DNA of 64,000 nt, from positions 23,500,001-23,564,000 of the forward strand of contig NW_024704743.1 of NCBI RefSeq assembly GCF_018977255.1, written 5' to 3'. The translations under genes and the position numbers were made by a program. Position 1 is the stretch's first letter; every line of letters begins with the position of its first letter. Source of the stretch: Callorhinchus milii (taxonomy: Eukaryota). Below the pieces are notes generated by a model. It saw only the letters and a list, made by a program, of their open reading frames with translations. It was not told the origin of the DNA and made no database searches. Positions 35,916 to 49,436 of this stretch are shown piece by piece.

Positions 35916-38137
35916 GACAGATAGTGATCAAGAGTAGGTAGATTTCATCCCTCTCACCCTGCACCCCCAAACCTGCTCTTTAATCTATTGTAGCTCTCTT
36001 GTCATAAGTAGGATGGGTTCTGTTAACTCAGCATAGGTTTGGAAGGAGGCGATTGCCTTTTAGGACTTCACCTGCTCTCCAAATGAATTAATTCAGCCAT
36101 CAGGAGAGTGTAGTTTTGATTTTGAAGGAATAGATAACATAACTGCTTTTGTTTAATATTAATAGCCAGGAGAGCTACAAGTTATCTCCTGTGAGAATAT
36201 GTTATCATGTCCTCCCGACATGAAATGCGCTCTATAAATGTAATTTTGTTGTTGTTGTTATTTCCAATAACAATTTTAAAAAAACTCTGAGAGTCAATCA
36301 TGCGTGTCTGCCTACTATCCGCAGGTCAGACGTAATGAACCTGCCTGATCTTTCCTTGTACCATGAGGATAGAAAGCTTATGAGGAAGAGATTCAGGGGC
36401 ATGAAATTTAGTGTATAGAGACATCAAGAGAACCTTCCTGGGACAAGATATTAACATGTTTTTTTCTGCATTCTATTCAAAACTGCTAACAAAAGGATTA
36501 TTACTCATTTCATCTACAGATCAATGACTGTGAATCTCTTAAGAGATTTGCGCACGCTTTTCAACTCTTAATTATTTTGTATTTAAATGATTTATTTTCG
36601 TAAATGCAGGGTTATATGCTGCACAAGCAATGCCCCAGCCGTGACTTCAATGCTGCTTGCGGAAAGAAACTACCCTGTCACAACATTTTAAGAGCTGGCT
36701 TTTCACAATCACTGGTCCATGATAACACGTTAACACTTTCTGTCAGCAGGTTTCAAAATTGGAGTCAGGAGTAAACACTGTGTTAGAGTGGACCAGGTAG
36801 GATTTACATAGCCGATCTATTTGAATTTAATGGACCCTAGATAAAATGCCTCTCTTGCCACAACTTGCTCTTTGGATTGTTTCCAAACATGCTGTAAGAA
36901 GAGTCCACTCAACTCGAAGAGCATCATACCTTCTGTCATCTTTATTCCTAGAAGAATCAATGTAGCATCAGCAGCATTTGGGTTTTTTGATATAAAATGT
37001 GGCTATATCAGAACCCGAGACAGGCAGGCCAGTATTTAATTGTTTGAGAAATGCTCTTAGGAGATGTCAGGATAATATTCAGATGAAAAAGATCCAAAAG
37101 ATCCTGGGAAGTGCTGATTCGGGCAGCTGAGTGTCTCCTTCAATTGTGTCACACAGCATTTAGGTTGTCTTGGATTTCATTTTCTAGACAAGTTACTGTT
37201 AAACAGTTGACCATGCAGTCTAAAGTTGTCGTCATTTACACACACAGAAACACGTGCAAGCCATTGTGGCCAGGTGATTGAGATAGACCACACATGCTCA
37301 GTTTGAATGTTGCAGTACAGTTTCAACTATTTGATAATAACTCAGCTGGAAATATATCTGAGACCCCTATACATTGGAGTGATATGATTAGAGGAGACAT
37401 TTGCTTGTCTAACTCAGCTTTCTTTTAAAAGAAAACCTAAGACAACATTTGTTAGAGATGGAGACCTTGGACTGGAGAAATGTTGTACTGCTGCAGAATG
37501 AGATCTTATGGGCTTGAGATTGAAGAACATTGTTGGCGTAGGTTGAGCAAACTTTGCTACACTTGGGTCAGTAAGCCATGACCCTTCTATCAATCGCTAG
37601 TAAGTACAAAATTCAGTCACCTCGCAGGATACTTGTTTAACTTGGATTCAGGGGCCATGAATTGGCACTGAAATGTCCTGCTCTGTGGTTAACAACAACA
37701 ATAACAGCGCTCAACTCCTCAGATTGGGTACTAGTGCCTGATTTACGGCTTAAAATTTACCAAATAGGATTTTGTTCCTCAGGGTCAAAACAAAATGGCT
37801 ACACTCACCCTGAGTGGAAGAAACCTGAAGAGGGATGCCAGCAGTTTCCTGTTCCTGAAGGAAATAAGTTAAGGAAAGCATTTACAAATTTTGCACAATG
37901 GTCTCAGATGCAGCCTAGTATCAGAGTAACATTGTTGACAGCAGCTTCACATTGACTGAAAACTTTCAGTGAATGCTCAATAATTCTATCCAATTGATTT
38001 TGTTTTCCAAACCCTTTACTGCAGGGACATATGTATTATTTTGTGCTCTAATATGGTGCAATGTACTTATCAACATTAAAATTTGTTTGTCACTCATTTG
38101 TTCAACTCTTCTTCAAGAAGAACTACAGTTTGTAAAT

Positions 38138-38500
38138 CAATAATAATAATCCTTGTATTTGACACAGTGCCTTCTAGACATCATGTCTTCTAGGCGTCTC
38201 AAAGCGTTTCACAGAATATACTGTAAAGTGAATTGACTGTATGTTTTGTGGGCGAAACTCGGCAGCTAAATGTGCACAGCAGTGTCCCACAAACAGTCAT
38301 GTATTGAGTGATCAAATTATTATTATTATTTTGAAGGGATTAATACCCACGGAAAAGTGATCCGTCAATCGACTAACAACCAGGTTCCTCTTTACTGCTA
38401 GGTAAATAGAGGCATGTGGAGTAAAGAAACATACCCAACACTTCGCGCTGCCGGGAATCGAACCAGGTCCTCTCGCTTGCGAAGCGAGTGCTTTAACTAC
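38138..38500 (-). mobile_element. tRNA-derived SINE, long subtype
   Basis: Head CTCGC-TTCGCAA-GCGAG, B box GGTTCGATTCCC, long segment. Confidence 0.9.
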
Positions 38501-38939
38501 CATGGAGGTAAATGCAACAACAAAGGATGGTTTGCATGGCAGAATTATAAGAAAGGGGGAATGTCATGAACTGAACTATGGAGACCATGGAATACGAACT
38601 GAATCATAGTCAGAGATTGGTTAATAGCGCTTAATTTTCCTTGCTGCTCAGTAAGTGGTGTGGCTTAGATGAAGCTCAGTCATTTGATTGTGCTTTTCTG
38701 TCACAACTTGAAGAGGAAGTTTCTCTATAGAAACTTTATTTATTTCTACATTTCACATTTTACCAAAATGTGGCCTCAATTTCGCAGAAGAGATCAAAGC
38801 TGGAAAATACAACATATGATTTGATCTTGAAACAGTTTTCTGAACAGTTTCTTTCTTCTTTAGGGTGACTAGATGCATGAAGCCCATTGGTTGATCAACC
38901 AGGTACTTGGTCCATCACTCCTGTCATTTAAATTGCATG

Positions 38940-38997
38940 TCCTCTGAGGCGCCGTCTGGCGTGGAGGGCGCTATATAAATCCAAGTTGTTGTTGTTG
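38940..38997 (+). mobile_element. solo L2 tail (second lineage)
   Basis: CTCTGAGGCGCCGTCTGGCGTGGAGGGCGCTATATAAATCCAAG(TTG)n. Confidence 0.8.
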
Positions 38998-39729
38998 TCC
39001 GAGGCGTAGACCACCTCCTGCACTTTGCCTGAGCCAAACAGAGCAGAACGGCATCATCTCGGTGACGTTGAGGGCTATTTTTTTTCTAGAATTTCACAGA
39101 AATTAAAAGTTTAAGGCCACAGATAATTCAGGGGGCAAAAATCTGACGGCAGAAATAAAAATGACTCGCTTATATTAAAAAGCCGCCATTCACCAATCAC
39201 TCTGCGTCTTATGTAAAGCCATGGCTTCCAGGATGAGTGAGAGGAGGCAAAAATTTATTAGTGACCTGACCTGGTTCTGCATCTTTCCTTCATTATTGGT
39301 CCGCCTTTGATATTTCAAAGTGTCACAGTCGGTGACTTTCTCTGATGTTTCCTTGAAGTAAGGCAAAGCAATATAAAGATAGAATTTATTTTGTTTTTCA
39401 TTTTGTGGGTATGCTGTCAATTCAGTTTTCAACACCAGTGGAACTGTTCTTGTTCCAGTGTTCTGATTGAATGAGGTACCAGGGAATAGCTCACCAGTGA
39501 AAATTCACTCAGTGACTGAAACAAAACCTGGTATTACACGGTCAACAGATCTGAATTGTCAAAGCATCAGCAAATGCAAACTTACAAGATTATCAGTGTG
39601 GAACAAAACCACAACCTCCATATATCGTGCACAGCTCATTTCAAAGTTTCAATGTATCTTTCCACTAGATAAATGAAATTATGATTGACAAGACTCATAC
39701 TGTATAGGGCTTTTTATTCTAGGAACTGC

Positions 39730-39875
39730 AGCAACAACAACAAATTACATTTGTATAGCACCTTTCACATCAGGAGGATGTCCCAAAGCACAGGACAGTC
39801 TGCACCCGAGCTGGTGACTGGGATCAGGAGGGGTAGGAGGTTGACCAAAGGCATGGTCGAAGCAGAGAGTCTTGA
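39730..39875 (-). mobile_element. L2 3' end
   Basis: (CAA)n ATTACATTTGTATAGCACCTTTCACATCAGGAGGATGTCCCAAAGC. Confidence 0.8.
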
Positions 39876-40504
39876 AACTGGTAGGAGTGTAATAAAAGAC
39901 ATGATCATTCTCGGTATACACTTTTTCTTCCCAACTACTGGGAGGCCATTTGTAGAATTACAAATATGGTGGTGCAGCGACCCAAGCCTATCACGGTGTC
40001 CCTCAGTAACCAACGTTTTGGGAGTTATATGTGTGAAGTATCCAGAGTGATGGATCTCAGATCCATACCCTCCCCATATGGAAACTTGTAGATGCAAATA
40101 ATATCCTATGGTTCTGTTGTACAGTGCATTCAAATCACATTTTGCGGTATCCTTATGAGCATACTAGTTATCAAAATTTGGTAACACTGCAAAGAGATTA
40201 TGCCATACAATTCCATTATAAAGCTCCCCCTTATAATGCTGGTCTGTCTATAAGGGACCTAAAATTGGCTTGAGTAGGTGGATCACCGGGTTCCTGCATG
40301 CTAAAAATGCTCTTAACATTCTTTAGTATCAACAAGTACAGATTTGAACAAGTGCAAAAATGGGAACTCTTTCTAGTAACTGGACCTATGTCATACTGAT
40401 TGACAGGAACTCTATCTACTCTAATGCTATCTGCATTCCCAAGAGCAAGTTCCTGTTAGGATGTATTTGTTTCTTGTTAAGCAATCCTGTTAAGAAGTTC
40501 TCTA

Positions 40505-40745
40505 TAATAAGCCCCACGGTGAACTTCAAGGGAGACTCAATTCAACAAAGAGCGGTGAGAATATGGACCTCACTGACAGAAGCTGTGGTTGAAGCAAAAA
40601 AGCGTCAACTTATTTAAAAGGAAACTTGATGCATAATGAAGAAGAGGGAATAGAGGGGTATAGGAGAGTGGATTGGGGGCTGGAGACTCGTGGAGTATAA
40701 ACACTCGTCCATTTGTCCCGATTGCATGCTGTATAATTCTATCTA
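40505..40745 (+). mobile_element. degraded CR1 3' fragment
   Basis: CAAAGAGCGGTGAGAATATGG (QRAVRIW), GTGGTTGAAGCA, ATTTAAAAGGAAACTTGAT. Confidence 0.65.
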
Positions 40746-41934
40746 ACAAAAGAAATTAATGATAGAAGCTATTTGGAATGATTTAATCCTACAAGGAGAA
40801 AGCCAATTGTGAACAGCTTGCTTATTCTTCTTAAAGGCCACTGGCAACATGAAGGTTAATGGATATATAATCATCCAAATCTCTAATTACAGATTACAGT
40901 TCTATTCCAATATTATTGTCAGGCACGTTGAAGGGTTGATTCCCTGTATCATGCCTGACAATACTGGATTAGAAGTGAAATCTGTAATTAAAAATGCATA
41001 TGATTTGAATGTTAATGGGGAGCTCGATCATCATCTGTCAGCTGCTGTGCGGTGAATGGTCATGGCCATTCACCAGTTGACATGGATTTGGACGGTATCT
41101 TGGAGATGTAACATTATCATCAACACTGTCTTGCAACTGGGATTGAGAAGCTTGAGATTACTTTGCTGTACATTCCCATAGATGGGATGTTCAAGTACAT
41201 AGCCCGGGTATTCTAGTGAATGAATGTCTTTTTCTGGGTTCACTATGTAAGAGATGGAAGGATTATGCAGCTCATTGATCACAAAATGAATGGTAGTCAC
41301 ACCACCTAGAGCCTCAAAGCTGGCAACAAAGGTGGGTTTTGTTGGAATTCCAGTGATTTCTAGTTCTAGTGTAAGAGAGAACGAGATGTTGGGGGAATAC
41401 CTCTGAATACTTTCCCCATTCACCACATCACTGAGACTCGAAATATGTGTCCTCAAACACAAAGTCAGTGCTTTGATAGTTACAGTTACCCATTCATGCG
41501 GTCCTATAAAAGCTAAAGCAGATAACATTCTTCTACTGATTTTCACCTTTTCTCATAACTATTGAAGGCTGGGAGACACTTTGGGATTAAGGAGAAGACA
41601 ATAGTTTAGCCAGGATTCATGCTCCTGAACACTGCCCAATGTTGTCTGTCAGAACAGGCACATGTTTTGGTCATTAAGTGAAGACAGGATGTGATTATGC
41701 TTGGCTCCAACCTTCTCTCCCCCCTCTCCCCAACTCCCTCATTGTCGGTTAGCTTGTTGGCATTCTCACTAGATTAGCACATGAAGAAAATCTGTTTGGA
41801 GGAGATACTGCAGGACTGGCACTGTCTACAAAGCTGTATCCAACAAAAGCAACTTGCCTTACGCAGGAGAGCAGTGATCTCCCCACCCCGCCAAAAAAAA
41901 TAGAGTCTCAAAGACATCCAGATATGTCTTCAAA

Positions 41935-42170
41935 AACAAAAACTTGCATTAATATAGCACCCTTCATGTCAGTAGCATCTTAGAGCGCTTAATGGCAACA
42001 TGGCTTGATGCCAAGCTAGAAAAGGAGGGAAGGTGACTGAAAGTACAGTCGAAGAGCAAAATCTTCAGGTGTGATTTCAAGATGGACCAGAACAGGCAAT
42101 TGAGGCAGGAATTTTCAGATATTCGAGCATAGTGGCTGAAAGGAAAGGAAGGGAGATAATGGGGTGATAT
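41935..42170 (-). mobile_element. degraded L2 3' fragment
   Basis: Minus-strand translation LKSHLKILLFDCTF; L2-like tail. Confidence 0.55.
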
Positions 42171-42559
42171 TCTCTTAATTGAGATAACATATAGTAGATT
42201 GTACAATTACAGTCTCATAATGTATTGTCTAATGGAATGATGCTTTTCTACTCAATGCACCATCTCCTGACCTTTCTACATAATAGTGTACTATCTACTC
42301 CCTCAAGTGCACTATCAGCAGATAGATCTATTTATTGACTCACCTCTTTTCCCAGGGCTTAATAAAGCCTTAAAAGCTTCAAAAAGCCCCCGCTGACTGA
42401 TAATTGTCACTGTTCCTAGGATGATGGCCACATTAAGATGAGCTAACCTGATTTTCTTTCAAACTGTTAAGAATTACACCATTAATAAAAAAGCAGCCGA
42501 ATTTCTGGCATCACATCATGCCTTGGACCCTCTTTGAAGCTTGATCAAGAACGACCCTG

Positions 42560-42850
42560 AAATAATAATAATAATCATTGCATTTTATGTAGCACCTTTT
42601 CAAGTCTTCAAGACGTCTCAAAGAGTTTCACAGAATATACTGTAAAGTGAATTGACTGTATATTTTGTGAGCAAGTGCGGCAGCCAACTGCGCACAGCAA
42701 TGCCTCACAAACATTCATGGATTGAAGTGACCAATTTATTATTTTACAACAAACAACACAATTACATTTATAGAGCGCACTTTACGTAGGGAGGATGTCC
42801 CAAAGCGCTGAACAGTCAGGTGACGGGGCCCGAGCATAGGGGAGGGGTGC
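42560..42850 (-). mobile_element. SINE 3' half (42560-42745) abutting an L2 tail (42747-42850)
   Basis: Both diagnostic tails present. Confidence 0.8.
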
Positions 42851-42871
42851 TGTATTTTATTATTTTAAATA

Positions 42872-43190
42872 GTGCCATTTGTATAGTCTGGAGACCAGAA
42901 TTGGACATAATACTCCAAACGTGGCCTAAACAAGGTTTTGTATAAATTAAACATCACTTCCTCACTTTTATATTGTTTCCCTCTTGATATAAAGCCTACA
43001 ACCCATTTGCCTTTTTATAGTCTTATCTACCTGTGTAGCTATTTTTGAAGATTTGTGAATCTGAATACCCAGATCTCTTTGCTCCTCTACTCCTCTTTGG
43101 TTCCTGCCATATAGACTACAGAAGACTTCTTTATTTTTCCTACCACTTGGATTACTTCACATTTTCTTACATTAAACTTAATTTGCCAAC
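42872..43190 (-). mobile_element. degraded CR1 RT C-terminal fragment
   Basis: Minus strand LYKTLFRPRLEYYVQFWS (CR1 LYK.LVRPHLEYCVQFWSP). Confidence 0.75.
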
Positions 43191-43218
43191 TACACTCAAT
43201 CCACAACTGTTTGTGCGA

Positions 43219-44525
43219 CAACAACAATAACATTACAGTTGTATCATGCCTTTCACGTCGGGAGGACTCCTAAGGCGTTCGACAGACAGAGTTTCGAACC
43301 TGAGCTGGGGGTCAGAGTCGGGGAGTGTGGAGGGTGGGAGGCATGTAGGCAGATCGAAAGCACAGTCGAAGAGGAGGGTCATGAGATAGGTCTTGAAGGA
43401 GGCAAGAGTGGGGAGGGGGCGAGGTGGAGGGACTGCGGGTTGGAGTTCCCGAGGGTGGGGGCAGAGTGGCAGAAGTCCCGCCCACTAATAGTGGGGCGAA
43501 CGAGGCATGGGACGTGAAGCAGGCTGGAGCCCACTGAACGAAGGGAGTGAGCAGGATGGTAGAGGGTTAGGAGGTCGCGGAGTAGGGGGAAGCAAGACCA
43601 TGAAGGGCTTTGAAGGTGACGACCAGGATCTTGAACTGTATCCTCTGTGTGATGGGAAGCCAGTGTAGTCGGGTGAGGATGGGAATGGGGTCACGGAACC
43701 GAGTGAGGGACAGGACCAGGGCTGCAGAGTTCTGGATGATCTGCAGCCTATGGAGGAGGAGTTGGGGAGGCCAACAAGCAGGAAGTTTACATAGTCAAGC
43801 CTTGATGTAATGAAAGCATGTTTGCAGGTTTCGGCGGCCTGAGGTGTGAGACAGTGGCGGAGCCTGGCGATGTTGTGGAGGTGGGGGAAGGCAGAGCAGG
43901 TCATGGTGCAGATGTGGGGTAGAAAGGATAGTCAAACAAGATGCCAAGGTTCCAAACTGGCTTAGCAAAGTGGAGTGTGCAACCATGGATGGTGATGGTG
44001 TCAGCGCCTGAGTTGAGGTGCTGACAGGAGCCAAGCAGGAGGGCCTCAGTCTTGTTGATGGTCAACTGAAGAAAATTACCTCCCATCCAGGACTTGATGT
44101 CTGACAGACATTCTGTCAGGACAGCAGTGGTCTTGAATTCAAGGGTGGAGGCAGAGAGCTATAGTTGTGTGTCATCCGCATACATGTGGAAGTTGACTCC
44201 ATGTCTGCGGTTGATGTCACCAAGAGGGAGCATGTAGAAATTGAAGAGGAGGCGACCAAGGACAGAGCCTGAGGAACGCCGAACTAGACGGTGTGGGAGC
44301 AAGAGAAGAAACCATTTGTGGAGATGAAGTGGAGGCGTTGTTAGAGGTATGATCTGAACCAGTCAAAGACGGAGCGGTGAAGGTTAAGTTGAGAGGGGAG
44401 GCTCGGTGGATGAGGATAGAGTGGTCGATGGTGTTGAAGGCAGCAGAGAGGTCAAGGAGGGCGAGGAGGCAGAGAGAACCCTGCTCGCAGATGGACAGAA
44501 TGCCATTTTTCACTTCGACCAGTGA
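43219..44525 (-). mobile_element. L2 LINE, 5'-truncated and frameshifted, inserted into a SINE
   Basis: [31 protein letters not shown] halves at ~43193-43219 and ~44533-44670. Confidence 0.92.
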
Positions 44526-44969
44526 GCGGGCAGTAATTGGCTGGCCTATTTGCCCACAAAATACATAGTCAATCCAATTTACAATATATATTCTATGAAG
44601 TGCTTTCAGACATCTCAACAATGTGATAAGGCGCTATATCAAATGCAAGAATTATTTATTTTTATTATTATCTGCCCATTCTGCTAGCCTATTTATGCCT
44701 TCCAGAATCCCCTTCACTGTTTACCACTCACCCACCCCAGTTTGGTGTCATCTGCAAACGACACACCTCGTATGCCTGAATCCAAATTGGATATTGGTTG
44801 GTTTACCAATGGGCATCAACAAAGCTGCATTTTTAAAAACTGATGTGATCTCTGCTCCCCATAGACTGTTGAACTTTTCCTGTAGACTTGTAGATGGATG
44901 TAAAATTCTATAGTCTACAGGGAAAACCAGTAGAGTTGGTAGATATCTCCTACCCTTCGTTTCTTAACT

Positions 44970-45315
44970 AGTCTGTAGCTCAGTGGTTAGAGAACACGCT
45001 TTGGAAACGAGAGTCCTGGGTTCGATTTCTGGCTGGGCGAAATGTTGGGCAAGTTTCCTTACTCCACATGCCTCTGTTTACCTAGCAGTAGGTAGGAATC
45101 TGGTTGTTAGTCGATTGGCGGATCGCTTTTCTGGAGATAATAATTGCTTAAAAAAAATATTTGGTCATTCAATCTACAACTGCTGTGTGCAATTGGCTGC
45201 CGTGTTTCACCCACAAAATATACAGTCAATTCACTTTACAGTATATTCTGTGAAGCGCTTTGAGACGTCTTAAAGACGTGATAAGGCGCTATATCAAATG
45301 CAAGATTATTATTAT
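44970..45315 (+). mobile_element. tRNA-derived SINE, long subtype
   Basis: GTAGCTCAGTGGTTAGAG head, long segment, tail GAGACGTCTTAAAGACGTGATAAGGCGCT. Confidence 0.9.
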
Positions 45316-45844
45316 AAAGCGCCATAGTGCTGGGTAATAGCTGCTCCGTCGTTCTCTAGCACACTGTCTGGAAGAGCTAGCTGGCTAGAATGAGAGGAAA
45401 CGTTCTGTCACCACAGCAGGCAAGGTGCAATCTCTGATGATGCTGTTTCCCTCTATACTCTTGAGGATACAAAATTAGATGATGTGGTAATGACGAGTTG
45501 CTGCTGGTATTTTTTTATTGGTTACCTCATCGCCTTTAACGTGGAGATTTCATATCGTGTACAACACTTGTAAGCCAGCAGGTACTCTGGGACAAACACC
45601 AGCGATTTACCTGTCACTTTCCAAAATAATCAACATTGGTGTCAGCCTGGCTCAGTTGTTAGCACTCTTGCGTCTTGAGTCAGAAGGTTGTGGGTTCATC
45701 AGCTTTTGAACTCACAGCCTCGGCTGCTTTTCGATTGACCTGCAATAGAGCTGTCCTTAAGGGCATCATGGCACAACTCTGGTATTTTTTATGGCTCTGC
45801 TTGGAGTCAACAATGTTGTTAGCTGTTAACACTTAGAGAACTAG

Positions 45845-47041
45845 AGGTTTGTAAATGTTGCACCCCTGTTCAAAAACAGGGGAGAGAGATAAACTTGGTA
45901 ACTGCAGACCAGTCAGCCTGTTGATGGTGGAGAAACTTCTAGAGGCATTAATCTAGGACAAAATTAATTTTCACTTGGAGAAACATAAGTTAATTAATGA
46001 CAGTCAATATGGATTTATTAAAGGCAAAGCGGAGAAGGTAGTGCAGTTGATGTAGTGTATATGGACTTTCAGAAGCCATTTGATAGGATGCCACATAATA
46101 GACTAGTTAGCAAAATTGAAGCCCATGGGATAAAAGGGACAGTGGCAGCATGGATACAAATTGGCTGGGAGACTGAAAGTAGAGGGTAATGGTGAATGGT
46201 TATTTTTCAGCTGAAGGGAAGTGTAACGTGGTGTCATGCAGAGAAGTATGAGGCAATTCATTTTGGGAGGAAGAATCAGGAGAATGCAATGTACGCTAAA
46301 TTGTACAGTTTAAAGGAGGTTCAGGAGCAGAGAGACCTGGGAGTTCACAAAGAGGTCTTTGAAGGTGGCAGGATAGGTTGATAGAGCTGTTAGAAAGGCA
46401 TATGGGATCCTTGACTTTATAAATAGAGGCATAGAGTACAAAAACAAGGAAGTTCTACTAAACCTTTATAAGTCATTGGGTGGGCCTCAGCTGGAGTATT
46501 GTAACTAATTCTGGGCACCACACTCTAGGAAGGATATCAAGGCCTTGGAGAGGGTGCAAAGGAGATTTACCAGAATGGTATCAGGCATGAGGGACTTTAG
46601 TTATTTAGAGAGACTAGAGAAGGTGTGGATTGTTCTCCTCAGAGCTGACAAGGTTAAGGGCAGATTTAATAGAGGTGTTCAAAATTATGAGGAAGTCTGA
46701 TAGAGAAGATAAGGAGAAACATGTTTCCTCTGACAGGTGGATCAGTAATCAGGGGACATAGATTTAAGATAATTGGCAAAAGAACCAGAAGGAAGATGAG
46801 GAGAATTTTTTTTACGCAGAGTTGATATGGTCTGGAATGCAATGCCTGAAAGGGTGGTGGAAGCAGATTCAATGACAACTTTCAAAGGGAATTAGATAGT
46901 TACTTGAAAAGGAAAAATTTGCAAGGATGTGGGGAAAGAGTGGGGAAGTGGGACTGATTTGATAGCTCTTGCAAAGAGCCGGCACAGGCATGATGGGCCG
47001 AATGGCCTCTTTCTGCGCTGTATTATTCGATGATTCTATGA
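45845..47041 (+). mobile_element. CR1 LINE 3' portion with an internal deletion of the RT core
   Basis: NCRPVSL, VDVVYMDFQKPFDRMPHNRLVSKIEAHGI, RDLGVH, PQLEYC; 3' end GATGGGCCGAATGGCCTCTTTCTGCGCTG...ATTCTATG. Confidence 0.93.
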
Positions 47042-47681
47042 GTCCTCAAATTTTACATTAATTTACAGTGACAATGCAGCATTAATATTCATTCAGTTGA
47101 TGCTCTCAACCTCATAATTGTGTCAATAGTCACAGTTTCCTTAATTATTTAATTTTTTTATAATAATGTAAGAAAGATTAACTTCATTTTTAATTCAATT
47201 CATCTTGAAATCAGGAATTCTCAGGTTCTGTTCTCCATATGGAAAAAGGTTGCTCATAGCTTCTGATTTGTGTCACCAGTCAGGCAGGACTGACTCTCAA
47301 ACAGTTCAGTGTAATTGCTGGTGAATGGAAGTAGGACTCTTTGCTAAATGTGAAGAGTGTTATTCGTGGCAGTACAGTATTGTGCAGGCCAGGTCAAATA
47401 ATTAAAAAGCAGATTAGATTGCATGAATTGTGTTTTAGTAATTGACTTTTATTCACTAAGGGATGAAACTTAATTTTTAATATTGTATTCATTGTGTTGC
47501 TGACAACATGCATTACAGTATCCATCTCCAAACCAGTCACTTCTCTGGGGAAGAGCTGTGTGATTGTAATCCTTGTTGTCTTGGGCAGAGTTGCACAAGG
47601 ACACAGGGTACATGTCTTAATTTTCAAAGGAATTCTTGCTAGAGAATGCATTCTGTCTTTTTGTCATTGTTCATTACAAGT

Positions 47682-48032
47682 GGAGTCCTGTAGCTCAGTG
47701 GTTAGAAGCACTCGCCTTGAAAGCGAGAGACCCGGGCACGGCGAAGCATTGAGCAAGTTTCCTTACTCCACATACCTCTGTTTACCTAGCAGTAAGTAGG
47801 AACTCAGTTGTTAGTTGATTGATGGACTGCTTTTCCAGGGGTAACAATTCCTTAGAAAATATATCAATTTGGTCACTAGATCCACAACTGTTTGTGGATC
47901 ACTGCTGTATGCAATTGGCTGCCGCATTTCTCTAAAAGTCAAGGGTGCTACTTCAAGCAGTGTGGGGATATGCTGCATCTTTAAAGATGCCATCCTTTGG
48001 ATGAAATGCTAAACCAGTGTCTCTTCTGCCTG
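47682..48032 (+). mobile_element. long-subtype SINE (to ~47930) adjoining a Deu-type fragment
   Basis: GGAGTCCTGTAGCTCAGTGG head; then GATGCCATCCTTTGGATGAAATGCTAAACC. Confidence 0.75.
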
Positions 48033-48033
48033 C

Positions 48034-49436
48034 ATGAAACTGACTACATGCTCCCTCAAACCTATCCCTACCTCTCTCCTTATCTCCCAGCTCCACCTCC
48101 TTGCCCTTCTACGCACAGACATAATAAATATCTCCCTGTCCACTGCTACCTTTCCCACCCCATTAAAAACATCCGTCATCACTCCTATCCTTAAAAAAAC
48201 CCTCCCTGGACCCATTCCTGCTCTCAAACTACTGCCCCATCTCCAACCTCCCTTTCCTTTCCAAGGTCTTGGAACAAGTCATTGCTTCCCAGCTTCGCTC
48301 CTTCCTCTCCCGCTACCCCCAGTTGGGTTTCTGTGCCACCCACAGCACAGAAACTGCCCGGTCAAACTGACAAATGGCATTCTGTCCATCTGCAATCAGG
48401 GATCCCTCTGCCTCTTTGTCTTCCTTGACCTCTCTGCTGCCTTTGAAACCGTTGACCACTCTATCCTCATCCACCGCCTCTCTTCTCACCTCAACCTTCA
48501 CAGTTCTGTCCTTGAATGGTTTAGATCGTATCTTCCACACCGCCTCCGCTTCATCTCCACAAACAGTTTCTCCTCTAGCCCCTGCATCGTTCTGTGCGGC
48601 ATTCCTCGGGGCTCTGTCCTTGGTCCCCTCCTCTTCAATATCTATATGCTCCCCCTTGGTGACATCATCCGCAGACATCGGGTCAACTACCACATGTATA
48701 TGGATGACACCGAACTGTACCTCTGCCTCCACCCTGACTCCAGGACCACTGCTGTCCTGACAGAATTTCTGTCAGACATCAAGTCCTGGATGAGAGCTAA
48801 CTTTCTTCAGTTGAACGTCAACAAGATCGAAACCCACATGATTGACTCCCGTCAGTGCCTCCACACCTTGTCCTGAAGTCAAGGGTGAAGGCAGAGGTAC
48901 AGTTCAGTGTCATCCACATGGATGTACACTCCACCTTACTAAGCCAGTCTCGAACCTTGGCGTCTTGTTTGAGCCTCAACCTTCTACCCCACATTCATGC
49001 CGTGACCTGATCTGCCTTCCCCCACCTACGCAACATCGCTCGGCTCCACCACTGTCTCACACCGCAGGCCACCAAAACCCTCATACACGCATTCATTACA
49101 TCGAGGCTTCACTATGCAAACTCTTTGCTTGTCAGCCTCCCCAACTCCTCCCTCCATAGTCTGCAGATCATTCAGAACTCTGCAGCCCGTGTCCTCTCCC
49201 ACACCAGGCTCCGTGACCCTATCACCCCCATCCTCGCCCGACTCCACCAGCTTCCCATCACACAGAGGACACAATTCAAGATCCTGGTCCTCACCTTCAA
49301 AGCCCTCCACGGACTTGCTCCCCCCCACCTCTGTAACCTCCTAACCCCCTACCAACCTGACTGCTCCCTCCGCTCAGAGCCTTGGGAATCCTCCTGACGT
49401 GAAGGGTGCTATACAAATGTAATTTTGTTGTTGTTG
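48034..49436 (+). mobile_element. L2 LINE RT fragment, degraded
   Basis: [42 protein letters not shown]; (TTG)n tail. Confidence 0.93.

Noticed and set aside
41070..41546. VWA5A/VIT-like resemblance (NELHNPSI, VTVTIK)
   Set aside because: Motif spacing is inconsistent and no VWA DxSxS motif follows on the same strand; no gene symbol assigned.
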